From a virus (lineage: Duplodnaviria > Heunggongvirae > Uroviricota > Caudoviricetes): DNA of 64,000 bases. Below, one piece after another: positions 52,308-63,100 of this stretch (position 1 is the stretch's first letter; every line of letters starts with the position of its first letter). The stretch is taken from IMG/VR virus record IMGVR_UViG_3300021142_000006; one strand, 5' to 3'. Position numbers and translations under genes: made by a program. The notes beneath the pieces were generated by a model, which saw only the letters and a list, made by a program, of their open reading frames with translations, was not told the origin of the DNA and ran no database searches.

Positions 52308-54089
52308 TTAATCATAAATTACAACAGTGCATTTTTCTTTTTTATAGGTTGCGTTATCTCTAAGCGCCGTCTTGAGATGATTAGGTAAATTAGTGTTATC
52401 AAGGTTACATGCAATTAATTCTGGTAAGCTTGTCAATTTTTCTGGAATGTAGGTTAGATTTTTATTGTAATGTAAATCTAACATAAATAAACGCTTCAAA
52501 TTCAGAATAGAATCATCCAGGTTTTTCAAATCACATTTTGATAGTGAAAGTCTACATAATTTCTTACATTTATCAATATTTTTTGGTATTTGACTCAATT
52601 CTCTATTATTATCCAAATTTAATTCTTCAAGATTATCTAATCCCAGTAAATCAAAATTATTTTGAATATTACAATTACTGAAATCAATTTTTACAAGATT
52701 TGTCAAACTCGAAATAAAATCTGGGATATGTTTCAATTTTTTGTCATGTATTATTGATAATTCTTTTAGATTTTTCAAGTTGGTAAATGATTCAGGTATT
52801 TCGCAAACATTACAATTGTTAAGTAATAATTGTTTCAAAGCTGTAATTTTACCGATTTCTTTAACATTTTCTTCTGTAAGATTGAAATCAACTAATTCCA
52901 ATTTTTCTGGTTGAGATTTAACGAGGATACCAATTAATTCTTCAGCATAACCGAGTTTTGTTAAGAACTCTACTACTTTCTGAATTCCTGTTCTATCAGC
53001 TTTGCTCATATCACTAACAACCTTAATTATATGGTTGCCCAGATAAAATTTGATTTCAGGATTTTTGTTCAAAAATTCTTGTATATTGATTGGTCGGTCA
53101 TTTGCATCCATATAGTTACCAGTTTCAAAATGAAACTGTAAGCGAACGGAAGCATCTTTGTTGATATGTTTTTTGGATCCAAATCCTTTTTTAATCAATA
53201 CAAATAAAGGGCCTTTATCGTAATAGGAATGGAACATATCAGAATATCTTGTACCTGCTGTACACCATGTTGTATTTTTACCAAGAATCTTATTTGATTC
53301 TCTATTGTGAGTTATTACAACTACCCATTCTTTATTCTCAAAACAAAGTTCAGTTAGTGGTATTCCAGCATTTTTATATGAGTTTGCATTTCTGGTTTTT
53401 AAATCAACATAATTTTGGATTGATTTAATTTCAGAATGTGTTAATGTATGAACATTTTCATTATCATCATCATCATCATCATCATCACCTGGTGCATATG
53501 GTTTTATTGTATTAACAAAATCATGATATGTTTTATATTGGTTAATATCTTTTTGAGATGTTGACAACACGTTAGTCTTCTTAAGAAACATAAAAGTTTC
53601 AAGAGCCTCGGCTATTTTACCAAAGTCTTCAAAGAATAATGTTTCTTTCCTAATAGTTTTAGCTGAAAACTTATCACCAGTTTTGTTATCCCTTGTAATT
53701 TGTGGTCTGTCTTTACATAGATCACTATAAAGATTCACAAACCATTGAATATACTCTTTATTTGGTGATGGATCAAATTGTAGGAAATAGTTCCATAATT
53801 GGTCTTTGAAAGTCTCACCAGTACACCAAATATCGCTATTGGTATTAACAAAATGAGCAAATGATATGTCAAAATATTCATCATTTAAATTCGCATCTCT
53901 TTCAGGATTTATACCTGTATTTGATAAATTTGGTATAAATTTATTTACAAGTTCAATATTTTTAATATTGAGTAACTTATCTTTTTTTATAGATTTCTCT
54001 AAAGTTTTGTTGAATTGCTCGTAAACGAAATCCAATCTGGATTTTTTATTTTCTAACATAGTTTTCCAATTATCCGACAAAAATAACAA
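52308..54089 (-). CDS. PcfJ-like domain protein with C-terminal leucine-rich repeats
   Basis: NTTWCTAG..GPLFVLI..QFHF; LxxLxLxxNxLxxIP-type repeats in the last ~200 aa. Confidence 0.72.
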   Translation of the reverse strand: MLFLSDNWKTMLENKKSRLDFVYEQFNKTLEKSIKKDKLLNIKNIELVNKFIPNLSNTGINPERDANLNDEYFDISFAHFVNTNSDIWCTGETFKDQLWNYFLQFDPSPNKEYIQWFVNLYSDLCKDRPQITRDNKTGDKFSAKTIRKETLFFEDFGKIAEALETFMFLKKTNVLSTSQKDINQYKTYHDFVNTIKPYAPGDDDDDDDDNENVHTLTHSEIKSIQNYVDLKTRNANSYKNAGIPLTELCFENKEWVVVITHNRESNKILGKNTTWCTAGTRYSDMFHSYYDKGPLFVLIKKGFGSKKHINKDASVRLQFHFETGNYMDANDRPINIQEFLNKNPEIKFYLGNHIIKVVSDMSKADRTGIQKVVEFLTKLGYAEELIGILVKSQPEKLELVDFNLTEENVKEIGKITALKQLLLNNCNVCEIPESFTNLKNLKELSIIHDKKLKHIPDFISSLTNLVKIDFSNCNIQNNFDLLGLDNLEELNLDNNRELSQIPKNIDKCKKLCRLSLSKCDLKNLDDSILNLKRLFMLDLHYNKNLTYIPEKLTSLPELIACNLDNTNLPNHLKTALRDNATYKKEKCTVVIYD

Positions 54090-54112
54090 ATAAAGGAATA
54101 AAAAACAAATTT

Positions 54113-54541
54113 TTAATAAAAAACCTTAGATCCATCTTCATCATATTTGATGAATCTTTTTATGATGGCACCAGCTTTTGCATTAGCTTCATCTTCTATA
54201 TCGCCACCAACGTCTTGTACAGGATGTTTTACCTTGTTGTCTTCATATTGCTTTTTATGAGTTAACTCATGCGCTATACTTCTGAATACATCACCAAGCA
54301 TACGATTTTTACCATAAACAACCAACTCTTTATCATTATCTCTATAATAAGCTGTTGTTTTGATACCATACTTTTCTCTTTCAGATACAATTTTTGTTTT
54401 GAACTTACCAGTTATTTCAAGCTCATCAATACAAAAATTAATGAATTTATGAGTCAAATATTTCTTTTCCTGATTATATTTTAATTCAGGATCAATATAA
54501 ACATCAAATTTACCTTTGAGTACGGTTTCAACAAGTTTCAT
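54113..54541 (-). CDS. zincin-like HExxH protein
   Basis: RSIAHELTHKKQ...EDEANAKAG. Confidence 0.65.
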   Translation of the reverse strand: MKLVETVLKGKFDVYIDPELKYNQEKKYLTHKFINFCIDELEITGKFKTKIVSEREKYGIKTTAYYRDNDKELVVYGKNRMLGDVFRSIAHELTHKKQYEDNKVKHPVQDVGGDIEDEANAKAGAIIKRFIKYDEDGSKVFY

Positions 54542-54562
54542 ATATTATAAATATTCCTTTTT

Positions 54563-56698
54563 TTATAAAAGAACTTTATTTATTTCGTTAATTATCTGTT
54601 CTGGGCTAATTGATTTAGTACATTCAAACATTCTTGGTGTGTTTTTAAAATCTGGACACCATTCCCAATCACCTGGATCAAGTCTATGTCTGTTAAAACA
54701 ACCAGTACACAAATTTTTATAATCATTATATATTCTAATACAATCCTCAAATTCTGTATAAGGATAACTAAAACCAGAAATCATCATTGTTTTAGTTCCG
54801 AGAGCCCATGAAATCCAACTTAAACCACTTCCCACACCAATAAACATGTCAGCATTTTTAATATCAGCTATTCTATCTTCTATTGGTAAGTCACCTGTTT
54901 TATTTATGACACCAGTTAAGGTTCCACCAAGTTTAGAATCATGCCACGCATCTCCGAGTGGTTCTTTTGTAATCATTACAACCTTATAACCTATACTATT
55001 CAAATGGTCAATTATTCTTTGCCAACCACCAGGGAACATCCAATATTTGGCATGTGCTGAAGCATGTGGTGCTATAACAACATATTTACCTTGTATATCG
55101 GTATCTGGTTTTTTTATGTTTAATTTTGGTTTAATTTCCATATGTGGTAAGCCAAGAATCGATGTTGCTGTATCAATCATTGGTTGTGTTCTGAAATTAG
55201 TAGGTACTCTGTTGTAATTGATTGAACCATCTTCATTATAATACCAACCAACAGTATACATAGCATATAAATTATATACTGTATCACCAGGTGTCACAAA
55301 TTTAATTTCAGGATATTGTCCTTCAAACCAATCATTATGGAACGTTGAAACTGTAAGATTCAAATTATATTTTTTTCTGAACTCATCAAATATTGGAAAC
55401 CATGCTATGGTATCACCTATCGCACCAGAATCCATTGCAATATAAACATTCTTATTGTTCAAATCAAATATATGTTCCGATACCAATATATCGTTCTCGA
55501 ACACTTTGATATGCCAATTGACAAGGTATTCTTTTGATGGTTTACACCAACAATTGTTTGTTATTTCAGTCGTGTATTCAATTTTATCAGTATCTCTATT
55601 TATAAATTGAACCTTATACTTTGTATTTTTATCACCTGTGATTTCAAGTTTAGCACCTTGAATGAAGGTGTAATTAAATCTATTTTGTTTTTCAATTTGT
55701 GGCTTAACCATTATAGGTGTTTCCTCATAAATTTTAACTAATTGATCTTTCATGCTTTTTTGTTTTTCTATTGTTTTCCCATAGATATCTATGAGTTTAT
55801 TAGTTATATTTTTATATGAATGTTTCTCTGCTGTATCTAACGCTAAGGTTCTACATTGGTCATAATTAGCAATAACATATTTTAATTTTGTTACTATTTG
55901 ATCTATGTCCCTTTCTACTCTAAATAATCCAGGTAATTTACCTTCTGTTTCATATGTACCAACTACAGGTAAACCACATGCCATTGCTTCTAACAATGTC
56001 AAATTTGGATGTCCAGCTTCAAGTATGGAAGGATGAAGAAATATAGTATGTTCTTGATATATATTAAGCAATTGTTGTTCATCGGCATTATATATAATAT
56101 TAAGATTTTTATAATCTTGTCTGAAAGAATTAAAGAAATTTCTATTATTTTCAGGCCCTACAATAGTTATAGGTAAATTCAAAACTTTGGCTGCATTTAC
56201 AGCATAGGAAAACCCTTTTCTATCAAATCCTTGATCATTTGCAAAACCATTATTTGCAACACATAACAACCTGTGTTCTGTAGGAGTTTTTCCTGGTTTG
56301 AAAAAATCTAAATTTACACCATGTTCCAAATAAATTAATTTCGGATGATAATTGAAATATGGTATCAAAAATTTTGCAGGAACAATTGATAATACTGATT
56401 TATCAATAGCTTCAAGATTTTGTTTATAACAATCTGAATCTTTACCATAAACATAGACGTGATGGTCATGACACGTGAATATATAATCAAGACCACGATT
56501 CTTTGCTTCGATTGATAAATTCGCTACATGAGTATGAATTATATCAACTGTTGGATCAACATCATTTAAATACTTAATTTCACTTTGATGTCCGAGAGCA
56601 TTAGTGTTATTATGGTATTCCCATATAATCTTTTCAACAGCTCCCCACCCATTTGGTGGTATAGGTAATAATCCTGGTGTTACTTGGCAAATTCTCAT
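54563..56698 (-). CDS. GT4 glycosyltransferase fused to an Aah/TibC-like heptosyltransferase domain
   Basis: PPNGWGAVEK..EAMACGLPVV; SGAIGDTIAW..GSGLSWISW..C..CF..C..C. Confidence 0.8.
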   Translation of the reverse strand: MRICQVTPGLLPIPPNGWGAVEKIIWEYHNNTNALGHQSEIKYLNDVDPTVDIIHTHVANLSIEAKNRGLDYIFTCHDHHVYVYGKDSDCYKQNLEAIDKSVLSIVPAKFLIPYFNYHPKLIYLEHGVNLDFFKPGKTPTEHRLLCVANNGFANDQGFDRKGFSYAVNAAKVLNLPITIVGPENNRNFFNSFRQDYKNLNIIYNADEQQLLNIYQEHTIFLHPSILEAGHPNLTLLEAMACGLPVVGTYETEGKLPGLFRVERDIDQIVTKLKYVIANYDQCRTLALDTAEKHSYKNITNKLIDIYGKTIEKQKSMKDQLVKIYEETPIMVKPQIEKQNRFNYTFIQGAKLEITGDKNTKYKVQFINRDTDKIEYTTEITNNCWCKPSKEYLVNWHIKVFENDILVSEHIFDLNNKNVYIAMDSGAIGDTIAWFPIFDEFRKKYNLNLTVSTFHNDWFEGQYPEIKFVTPGDTVYNLYAMYTVGWYYNEDGSINYNRVPTNFRTQPMIDTATSILGLPHMEIKPKLNIKKPDTDIQGKYVVIAPHASAHAKYWMFPGGWQRIIDHLNSIGYKVVMITKEPLGDAWHDSKLGGTLTGVINKTGDLPIEDRIADIKNADMFIGVGSGLSWISWALGTKTMMISGFSYPYTEFEDCIRIYNDYKNLCTGCFNRHRLDPGDWEWCPDFKNTPRMFECTKSISPEQIINEINKVLL

Positions 56699-57435
56699 TT
56701 AAAAAATACTTGGTTATATACAGAAACTATTTTATTATTTTTAAGAGCTCTAATATCTAAGGCCAAAGCATCTTTATAATAAACCCAGAAATCACTTGGG
56801 TTTATTGCGTTAATTTTATCGAATGTTAATTGATCAACAAATGGTTGATCTCTTGCTATTGTATATAAATGAAATGGGATCTTGGCTAACATCAAATAAA
56901 CAGCAAGTGATGAAAAATGCATATGCCTTTCTTTAGCATAAGCAAAATCCTGTAAAGCACTTAAAAAATCTTTATTTAAATCCGTTTGTTCATAGTTTGG
57001 AAAAAATCTACCCATAACTTCAGTACACATGATTTTATCATTATTATATCTAAAATCAAGTCCTAAATTCAATACAAAATCTTCATCAACTACAAGACCA
57101 TATTCTTCAGCATAAAAATACGGTACATACTTATCTGGTACAGCTCTAAAACCAAAATTATAATATCGTGAGATATTTAAATTTGCTATATAATCATTTG
57201 GGTTGAACTTATAGGGTTGTCCTCCTAAATCGTAATTTTCAACAATATGATTACAGTAGATTACATCTTCGGTAAAAGGTTGAATTCTAAGTAAAGATTC
57301 TACTCTATTTATAAATGGTACGCCTGATGGTATTATAAAAATTATTTTTTCATTGTATGTTTTATATAACCACGAACATACTGGTAAACATAGACCGAAA
57401 TCTCCTGTCTTACCTGTGTGAGTAACTCCTATCAT
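56695..57435 (-). CDS. hypothetical (GT-like) protein
   Basis: HTGKTGDFGLCLP. Confidence 0.55.
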   Translation of the reverse strand: MIGVTHTGKTGDFGLCLPVCSWLYKTYNEKIIFIIPSGVPFINRVESLLRIQPFTEDVIYCNHIVENYDLGGQPYKFNPNDYIANLNISRYYNFGFRAVPDKYVPYFYAEEYGLVVDEDFVLNLGLDFRYNNDKIMCTEVMGRFFPNYEQTDLNKDFLSALQDFAYAKERHMHFSSLAVYLMLAKIPFHLYTIARDQPFVDQLTFDKINAINPSDFWVYYKDALALDIRALKNNKIVSVYNQVFFK

Positions 57436-59399
57436 TTAATTTTAATTTTACCGTTATTTTTAATATTATTTTCCATGTAAGATTTATTAACCACAATCTT
57501 CTTTTTCATAACCCTATTTTCCATTAATTTTATCTCAAAATCGTTTCCATCAAAATCATATATCTTGTAGAACATTTGATTTTTAGTCAAATCGATTCTA
57601 TTCAAATCTCTTGTATCTTTACTCACAACATCTATCGTGATTGTTCTATTATCAACAAGATTTGATGAGTTAAACCAAACAGCAAATTGATTAGGGTTAT
57701 TCTCAACAGATAATACATTAAAATATTCAACTCTTGAACAAGTGTCAATTTTACAATTACTCAATAAACCATAAAATTCATCATTGCTCAACATTTTGAT
57801 TTCTGATAATTTATCTTTGAGATTATAATAAAACATATTTTCTAAACCATTTGAACCAGAACCAACATCATTTTTCCAAGTTGTATAATCCTGTTCGGTT
57901 TCTACAACTCTAAAATTTTTACAAAAGAAATCTGTTCTTGTTGCAAATAATACTGTTCTTAAACAATCACCTTCCTGAGCTTTATTATAATTGAATACAG
58001 CTTTATTATGTTTCAAACCCTTAACAAGTTCTTTGTAAACATTTTCATCGACTATATCCATATCAAAATTGTGACATATGGCATTAGTATAACCTAACTC
58101 CTTTGCAAAACCAATAGCATTACGATAGTTTGTATATACAGCAGGGCCATGATAAACATCATTATTTTCACTTTTAATATTCATATCAACTTTGTATCTA
58201 TCTGTTTCAGTCCAATATAATGAATAAAAATCATGATGTGTCAAAATATTATCATGGTCGTAAACCACATAATTAGCCTTTTCTTGAAGTTCTAAAGGTA
58301 CTTTGGCATGAGAAGCTAAGATTACTTCATAACCCTGTTCTTTAGCTGAAATAATTGAATCTAAGGTCAATTTAGTAGTACTTTCTGTTGTCGGATATGA
58401 TGATATAATCACCACAGTTTTGTCATCATGACCATAAAGCAAAGATTTTATTTTTTTCAAATTTTCATCTTTGCTTGAAAAATCTAAATATTGAATATTT
58501 TTGAATTTGTCAAAATAATTTTCATATACTGGCAAATTATATATTAATGTTGGTATATTCCAAGATATTGCTTCTCTGATAACCAAAGGCATTGTTTCTT
58601 TGTCATTAACCGTTCCTTTAGATGTAAATAAAAACAAATCCATCGCAGCATAATAATCATCAACATTCGTTTTTTCACCATGCCAAATCATATTATCTGG
58701 TTTGTTATTTAACAGTGGTTCCCAATAATATCTAAAATTATCGGCCATATTACCCAATGAATGGAACATAACTTTTTCACCAAGGAATTGGTTCGCATAT
58801 TCATAAAATTCTGCTTGATTTTTTCTTGGTGTATAAAGACCAACATGGAGAACATGTTTATATGTGGGATCAAGACCGAGTTTAATCAAAGCTTGCTCAC
58901 GGTTTGGTCTTTCCTTAAATTCTATAGGGTATTCAACAACTTCCGATGGTATATTCAGTGATTTTAACATACCAACTTGGTAATTTGAAACTAAAATAAA
59001 CTTATCTGGTTGATATTTTTTTCTGGAAGTATCAAATGATGAATCATGTGATGTTTCAAATATCTTGTATTTCCTGTCGGATGTATATATCTGTTTTGCT
59101 ATATCATCAGACATGAAATATTCAGGCATTTCTTCGAGATGTATAATGTCTGGTTTTATATTGTTGATTGTATCAATCAATATTTGTTTTGATCCACCCC
59201 ATGGTATGGTGATTAAATTATCACCCAATAAATCTTTTATTTTGTTTTTTTGAATAACTAATCGGCCACCAGTAATATCTTCATATTCAACAACATATAT
59301 TTTATATATGTTTTTTAATAATTCAACTTTTTTTGTAAGGTATTGAGGAAGGCCACCAGTGCTTAAATGGGGTGCTATATACAATAGAACTTTCATCAC
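57432..59399 (-). CDS. GT4-like glycosyltransferase with a C-terminal extension
   Basis: PHLSTGGLPQY..RKNQ..DLFLFTS..ETMPLVIREA. Confidence 0.8.
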   Translation of the reverse strand: MMKVLLYIAPHLSTGGLPQYLTKKVELLKNIYKIYVVEYEDITGGRLVIQKNKIKDLLGDNLITIPWGGSKQILIDTINNIKPDIIHLEEMPEYFMSDDIAKQIYTSDRKYKIFETSHDSSFDTSRKKYQPDKFILVSNYQVGMLKSLNIPSEVVEYPIEFKERPNREQALIKLGLDPTYKHVLHVGLYTPRKNQAEFYEYANQFLGEKVMFHSLGNMADNFRYYWEPLLNNKPDNMIWHGEKTNVDDYYAAMDLFLFTSKGTVNDKETMPLVIREAISWNIPTLIYNLPVYENYFDKFKNIQYLDFSSKDENLKKIKSLLYGHDDKTVVIISSYPTTESTTKLTLDSIISAKEQGYEVILASHAKVPLELQEKANYVVYDHDNILTHHDFYSLYWTETDRYKVDMNIKSENNDVYHGPAVYTNYRNAIGFAKELGYTNAICHNFDMDIVDENVYKELVKGLKHNKAVFNYNKAQEGDCLRTVLFATRTDFFCKNFRVVETEQDYTTWKNDVGSGSNGLENMFYYNLKDKLSEIKMLSNDEFYGLLSNCKIDTCSRVEYFNVLSVENNPNQFAVWFNSSNLVDNRTITIDVVSKDTRDLNRIDLTKNQMFYKIYDFDGNDFEIKLMENRVMKKKIVVNKSYMENNIKNNGKIKIK

Positions 59400-59447
59400 T
59401 TTTTTTATATAAAAGTAATAAAAGTCCTATCTAAATTAAATAGTAAA

Positions 59448-59702
59448 TTAAGTTGTTATTGTAACACCTAATTTATTTGCAACGTAGGTTGCTGGGTAAG
59501 AATTACTACCATTCCAATTAGAATAATCAGTACCAGTAATTACAATAATACCACTATCATGTACAACACTGGAATCATCCAATACTTGCCACTGCACTTT
59601 ACAATATAGATTAAAATCATCGGAAGCGCTTGTTACCGATAACTTGGTTACATTAACCGTATCATTGTATTTCCATTTTACTGGAGAAATATTTACTGTC
59701 AT
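59448..59702 (-). CDS. hypothetical protein
   Basis: 84-aa ORF downstream of the repeat gene. Confidence 0.55.
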   Translation of the reverse strand: MTVNISPVKWKYNDTVNVTKLSVTSASDDFNLYCKVQWQVLDDSSVVHDSGIIVITGTDYSNWNGSNSYPATYVANKLGVTITT

Positions 59703-59731
59703 ATATTTATATTTTTATTAATTTTGATTTA

Positions 59732-60097
59732 TTAACATGATATTATGTTTGTAATAACACCATTTCTATTAATTTGCCAAGACTCAGCTGTATCCAAGTT
59801 AAAATACCATTGATTATTACCATCAAATAAATCGTAATAATTTCCGCTGACATCTAACACATAAACCAAATTTTGATAACCTTGAAAGAATGTACCAGTA
59901 TTAGGGTCAGTAGAGCCAGTTTTACATGCATTGATATCTGTTTTATAAGCTGTAAGACATACATTATACCCTTTTCCAAATCCAAGCCCCAAAACTTGCA
60001 TATTTATACCATTTTTTTTATTTATATTATATATGTTTACACCATCCAAATTATTTGTGATGTTATTAACCATATCAATTCCGTTCAGTTGCCCCAT
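59732..60097 (-). CDS. hypothetical protein
   Basis: 121-aa ORF. Confidence 0.55.
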   Translation of the reverse strand: MGQLNGIDMVNNITNNLDGVNIYNINKKNGINMQVLGLGFGKGYNVCLTAYKTDINACKTGSTDPNTGTFFQGYQNLVYVLDVSGNYYDLFDGNNQWYFNLDTAESWQINRNGVITNIISC

Positions 60098-60108
60098 AGT
60101 TATATTTT

Positions 60109-63100
60109 TTATAATGTAATATAATCATTTGATGGATTGAAGTATATTGTTTGTACAGTTCCGACACCCCCCATTTGAGCAACAAACCCAACAGATCTTA
60201 CTATATTTCCAGATGTGTAATACGTATTTACCTCATCTAAAGTTGCAAAATTACCTGGTGAACCAGGAGAAACCCCATCCATATAAAGTTGATCACCAAC
60301 GTTTGGAGTATATGTTGATGATACACCATATGGTTCTGAAATAAACCCTCTTATTAATATATCTGTTACAAATCCGAGTGCGGCTGTTTTAACACAAACA
60401 CCCAACATATTAATAGCTGTGGCTGAACCTGTAGCGTCAGCAAGTTGCCATATACCACTTGCGTCCAAGTAACATAATTGTCCGTAACTTAAACCATATG
60501 CACCAGCTGTTTGATTAATCAAAACATCACCTGTAAAATTACCGCTTGAATATCCTGTAAGGGATAATACCGATGTTATACCAGTTCTTGGTGTTCCACC
60601 TGCAAGAATAGTTGTAAGACCAGCAATTAAGACTTTGTTTGTTGTGTCATATTTAACATTATGTGTGTCTGTTACTGTTGATGCACCAGCAGTAATAACC
60701 ATATAATTTGGATAGTCACTGAATGTACCACCACTTATACCTGATGTACCACTGAAAGATACACCACTTGTACCTGGAATACCACTTGTACCAGCTGTAC
60801 CATTAACACCAGATGTGCCATCTGCACCTGTACCTGATGTACCAGTAGCACCTGATGTACCAGCGGTACCATTGATACCTGATGTACCACTGAAAGATAC
60901 ACCACTTGTACCTGGAATACCACTTGTACCAGCTGTACCATTAACACCAGATGTGCCAGCTGCACCTGTACCTGATGTACCAGTAGCACCTGATGTACCA
61001 GCGGTACCATTGATACCTGATGTTCCACCACCACCTTTAGTACCTGATGTACCAGTAGCACCTGAAGTACCTGACGTTCCGTTCACTCCAGAAGTACCAG
61101 TTGCGCCTGATGTACCTGATGTTCCGTTTACGCCTGAGGTACCTGCTGCACCTGTACCTGATGTGCCAGTTGCACCTGAAGTACCTGATGTACCGTTTAC
61201 ACCTGATGTACCTGAAGCGCCTGTACCAGACGTACCTGTAATACCAGATGTACCAGCGGTACCGACTGCTCCTGAAGTACCAGAGTTACCTGATGTACCA
61301 GCAGTTCCAGATGTACCACTTATACCTGTTAAACCGTTAACACCTGATGTTCCGCTTGTACCAGACGTACCAGATGATGCTGCATTAGTACCAGATGAAC
61401 CAGCAACACCAGATGTACCGTTTGAACCTGTTGTACCACTTGTTCCAGAAACACCAGAATTACCAGAGTTTCCTGAATTACCTGATGAACCATTAGAACC
61501 AGTTGTTCCAGATGTTCCTGATACAGTTGATGTACCTGAAGTTGAAACAGATCCTGAAGAACCATTACTACCTGAAGTACCTGAAGTAGAACTTATTGTC
61601 GAAGTACCTGAAGTTGAGTTAATTCCTGATGTACCATGTGTACCAGAGCTACCTGACGTACCGCTTGTTGATGATAATGATGAAGTTCCAGATGTGCTTG
61701 CTGTACCTGATGTACCATTAGAACCATTAGTACCAGAAGTACCAGAAACTGTTGATGTACCAGCTGTTGCATTTATACCAGATGTACCATTAGTTCCTGA
61801 AGAACCACTTGTATTACTTAATCCACTTGTACCAGCAACACTATTTGTACCTGATGAACCGTTAGTTCCTGATGTACCTGATACCGATGATGTACCTGAT
61901 GTCGATACTGAACCAGAGCTACCATTAGAACCACTTGTGCCACTTGTTGATGATACGGTTGATGTTCCAGAGGTTGAATTGGTTCCTGATGTACCATGCG
62001 TACCTGAAGTACCAGCAGTTCCACTTGTTGATGATACTGATGATGTACCTGATGTAGTTGTTGCTCCAGACGTACCATTAGAACCTGATGTTCCAGAGGT
62101 AGAACTTATTGTTGATGTTCCAGAAGAACTATTTGTACCACTTGTACCATTAGTACCAGAAGTACCAACTGTACCTGATGAACCTGATGCACCGCTCACA
62201 CCATTTGCTCCAGACATACCTGAAGTACCTGATGTACCAGTTGTACCAGATGAACTGTTTGTTGATGATGTACCAGAAGTACTTGACAAACCACTCGTAC
62301 CAGATGTACCAGATGTACCAGCTGTATTAGAAATACCTGATGTACCAGCTGTAGAATTTGTTCCAGAAGTACCATGTGTACCTGATGTACCAGAAGTACC
62401 ACTTGAAGCAGATGCTGTTGAGGTTCCTGATGTTGTTGCTGAACCTGATGTACCATTAGAACCTGTTGTGCCACTTGTACCAGATGCTGTAGATGTACCA
62501 GAAGTGGATGTCAATCCAGATGTACCACTTGTACCGCTTGTTCCTGATGTACCAGAAACAGTAGATGTACCTGAAGTACTTGCTATACCACTTACACCAT
62601 TTGTGCCTGATGTACCACTTGTTGATGATACAGTTGATGTACCAGAAGTGGATGTCAATCCAGATGTACCACTTGTACCGCTTGTTCCTGATGTACCAGA
62701 AACAGTAGATGTACCTGAAGTAGAATTTGTACCTGAAGTTCCGTTTGTGCCTGAAGTACCAGATGTGTTAGATAATCCTGAAGTTCCAGCCAAACCATTA
62801 ATTCCAGATGTTCCGTTAGTACCATTAGTACCTGAAGTGTTACTCAATCCAGAAGTTCCACCAATACCATTTATTCCACTTGTTCCATTAGAACCGTTAG
62901 TTCCTGAGGTACCAGAAACGGTAGATGTTCCTGATGTGGATGCTAATCCTGATGTACCATTAGAACCGTTTGTACCTGATGTTCCACTAACAGTCGATGT
63001 ACCAGCAGTTGAGCTTGCACCACTTGTTCCATTTGTACCTGATGTACCACTCGTATTGCTTATACCACTTGTACCTGCAACACTATTTGTACCTGACGAA

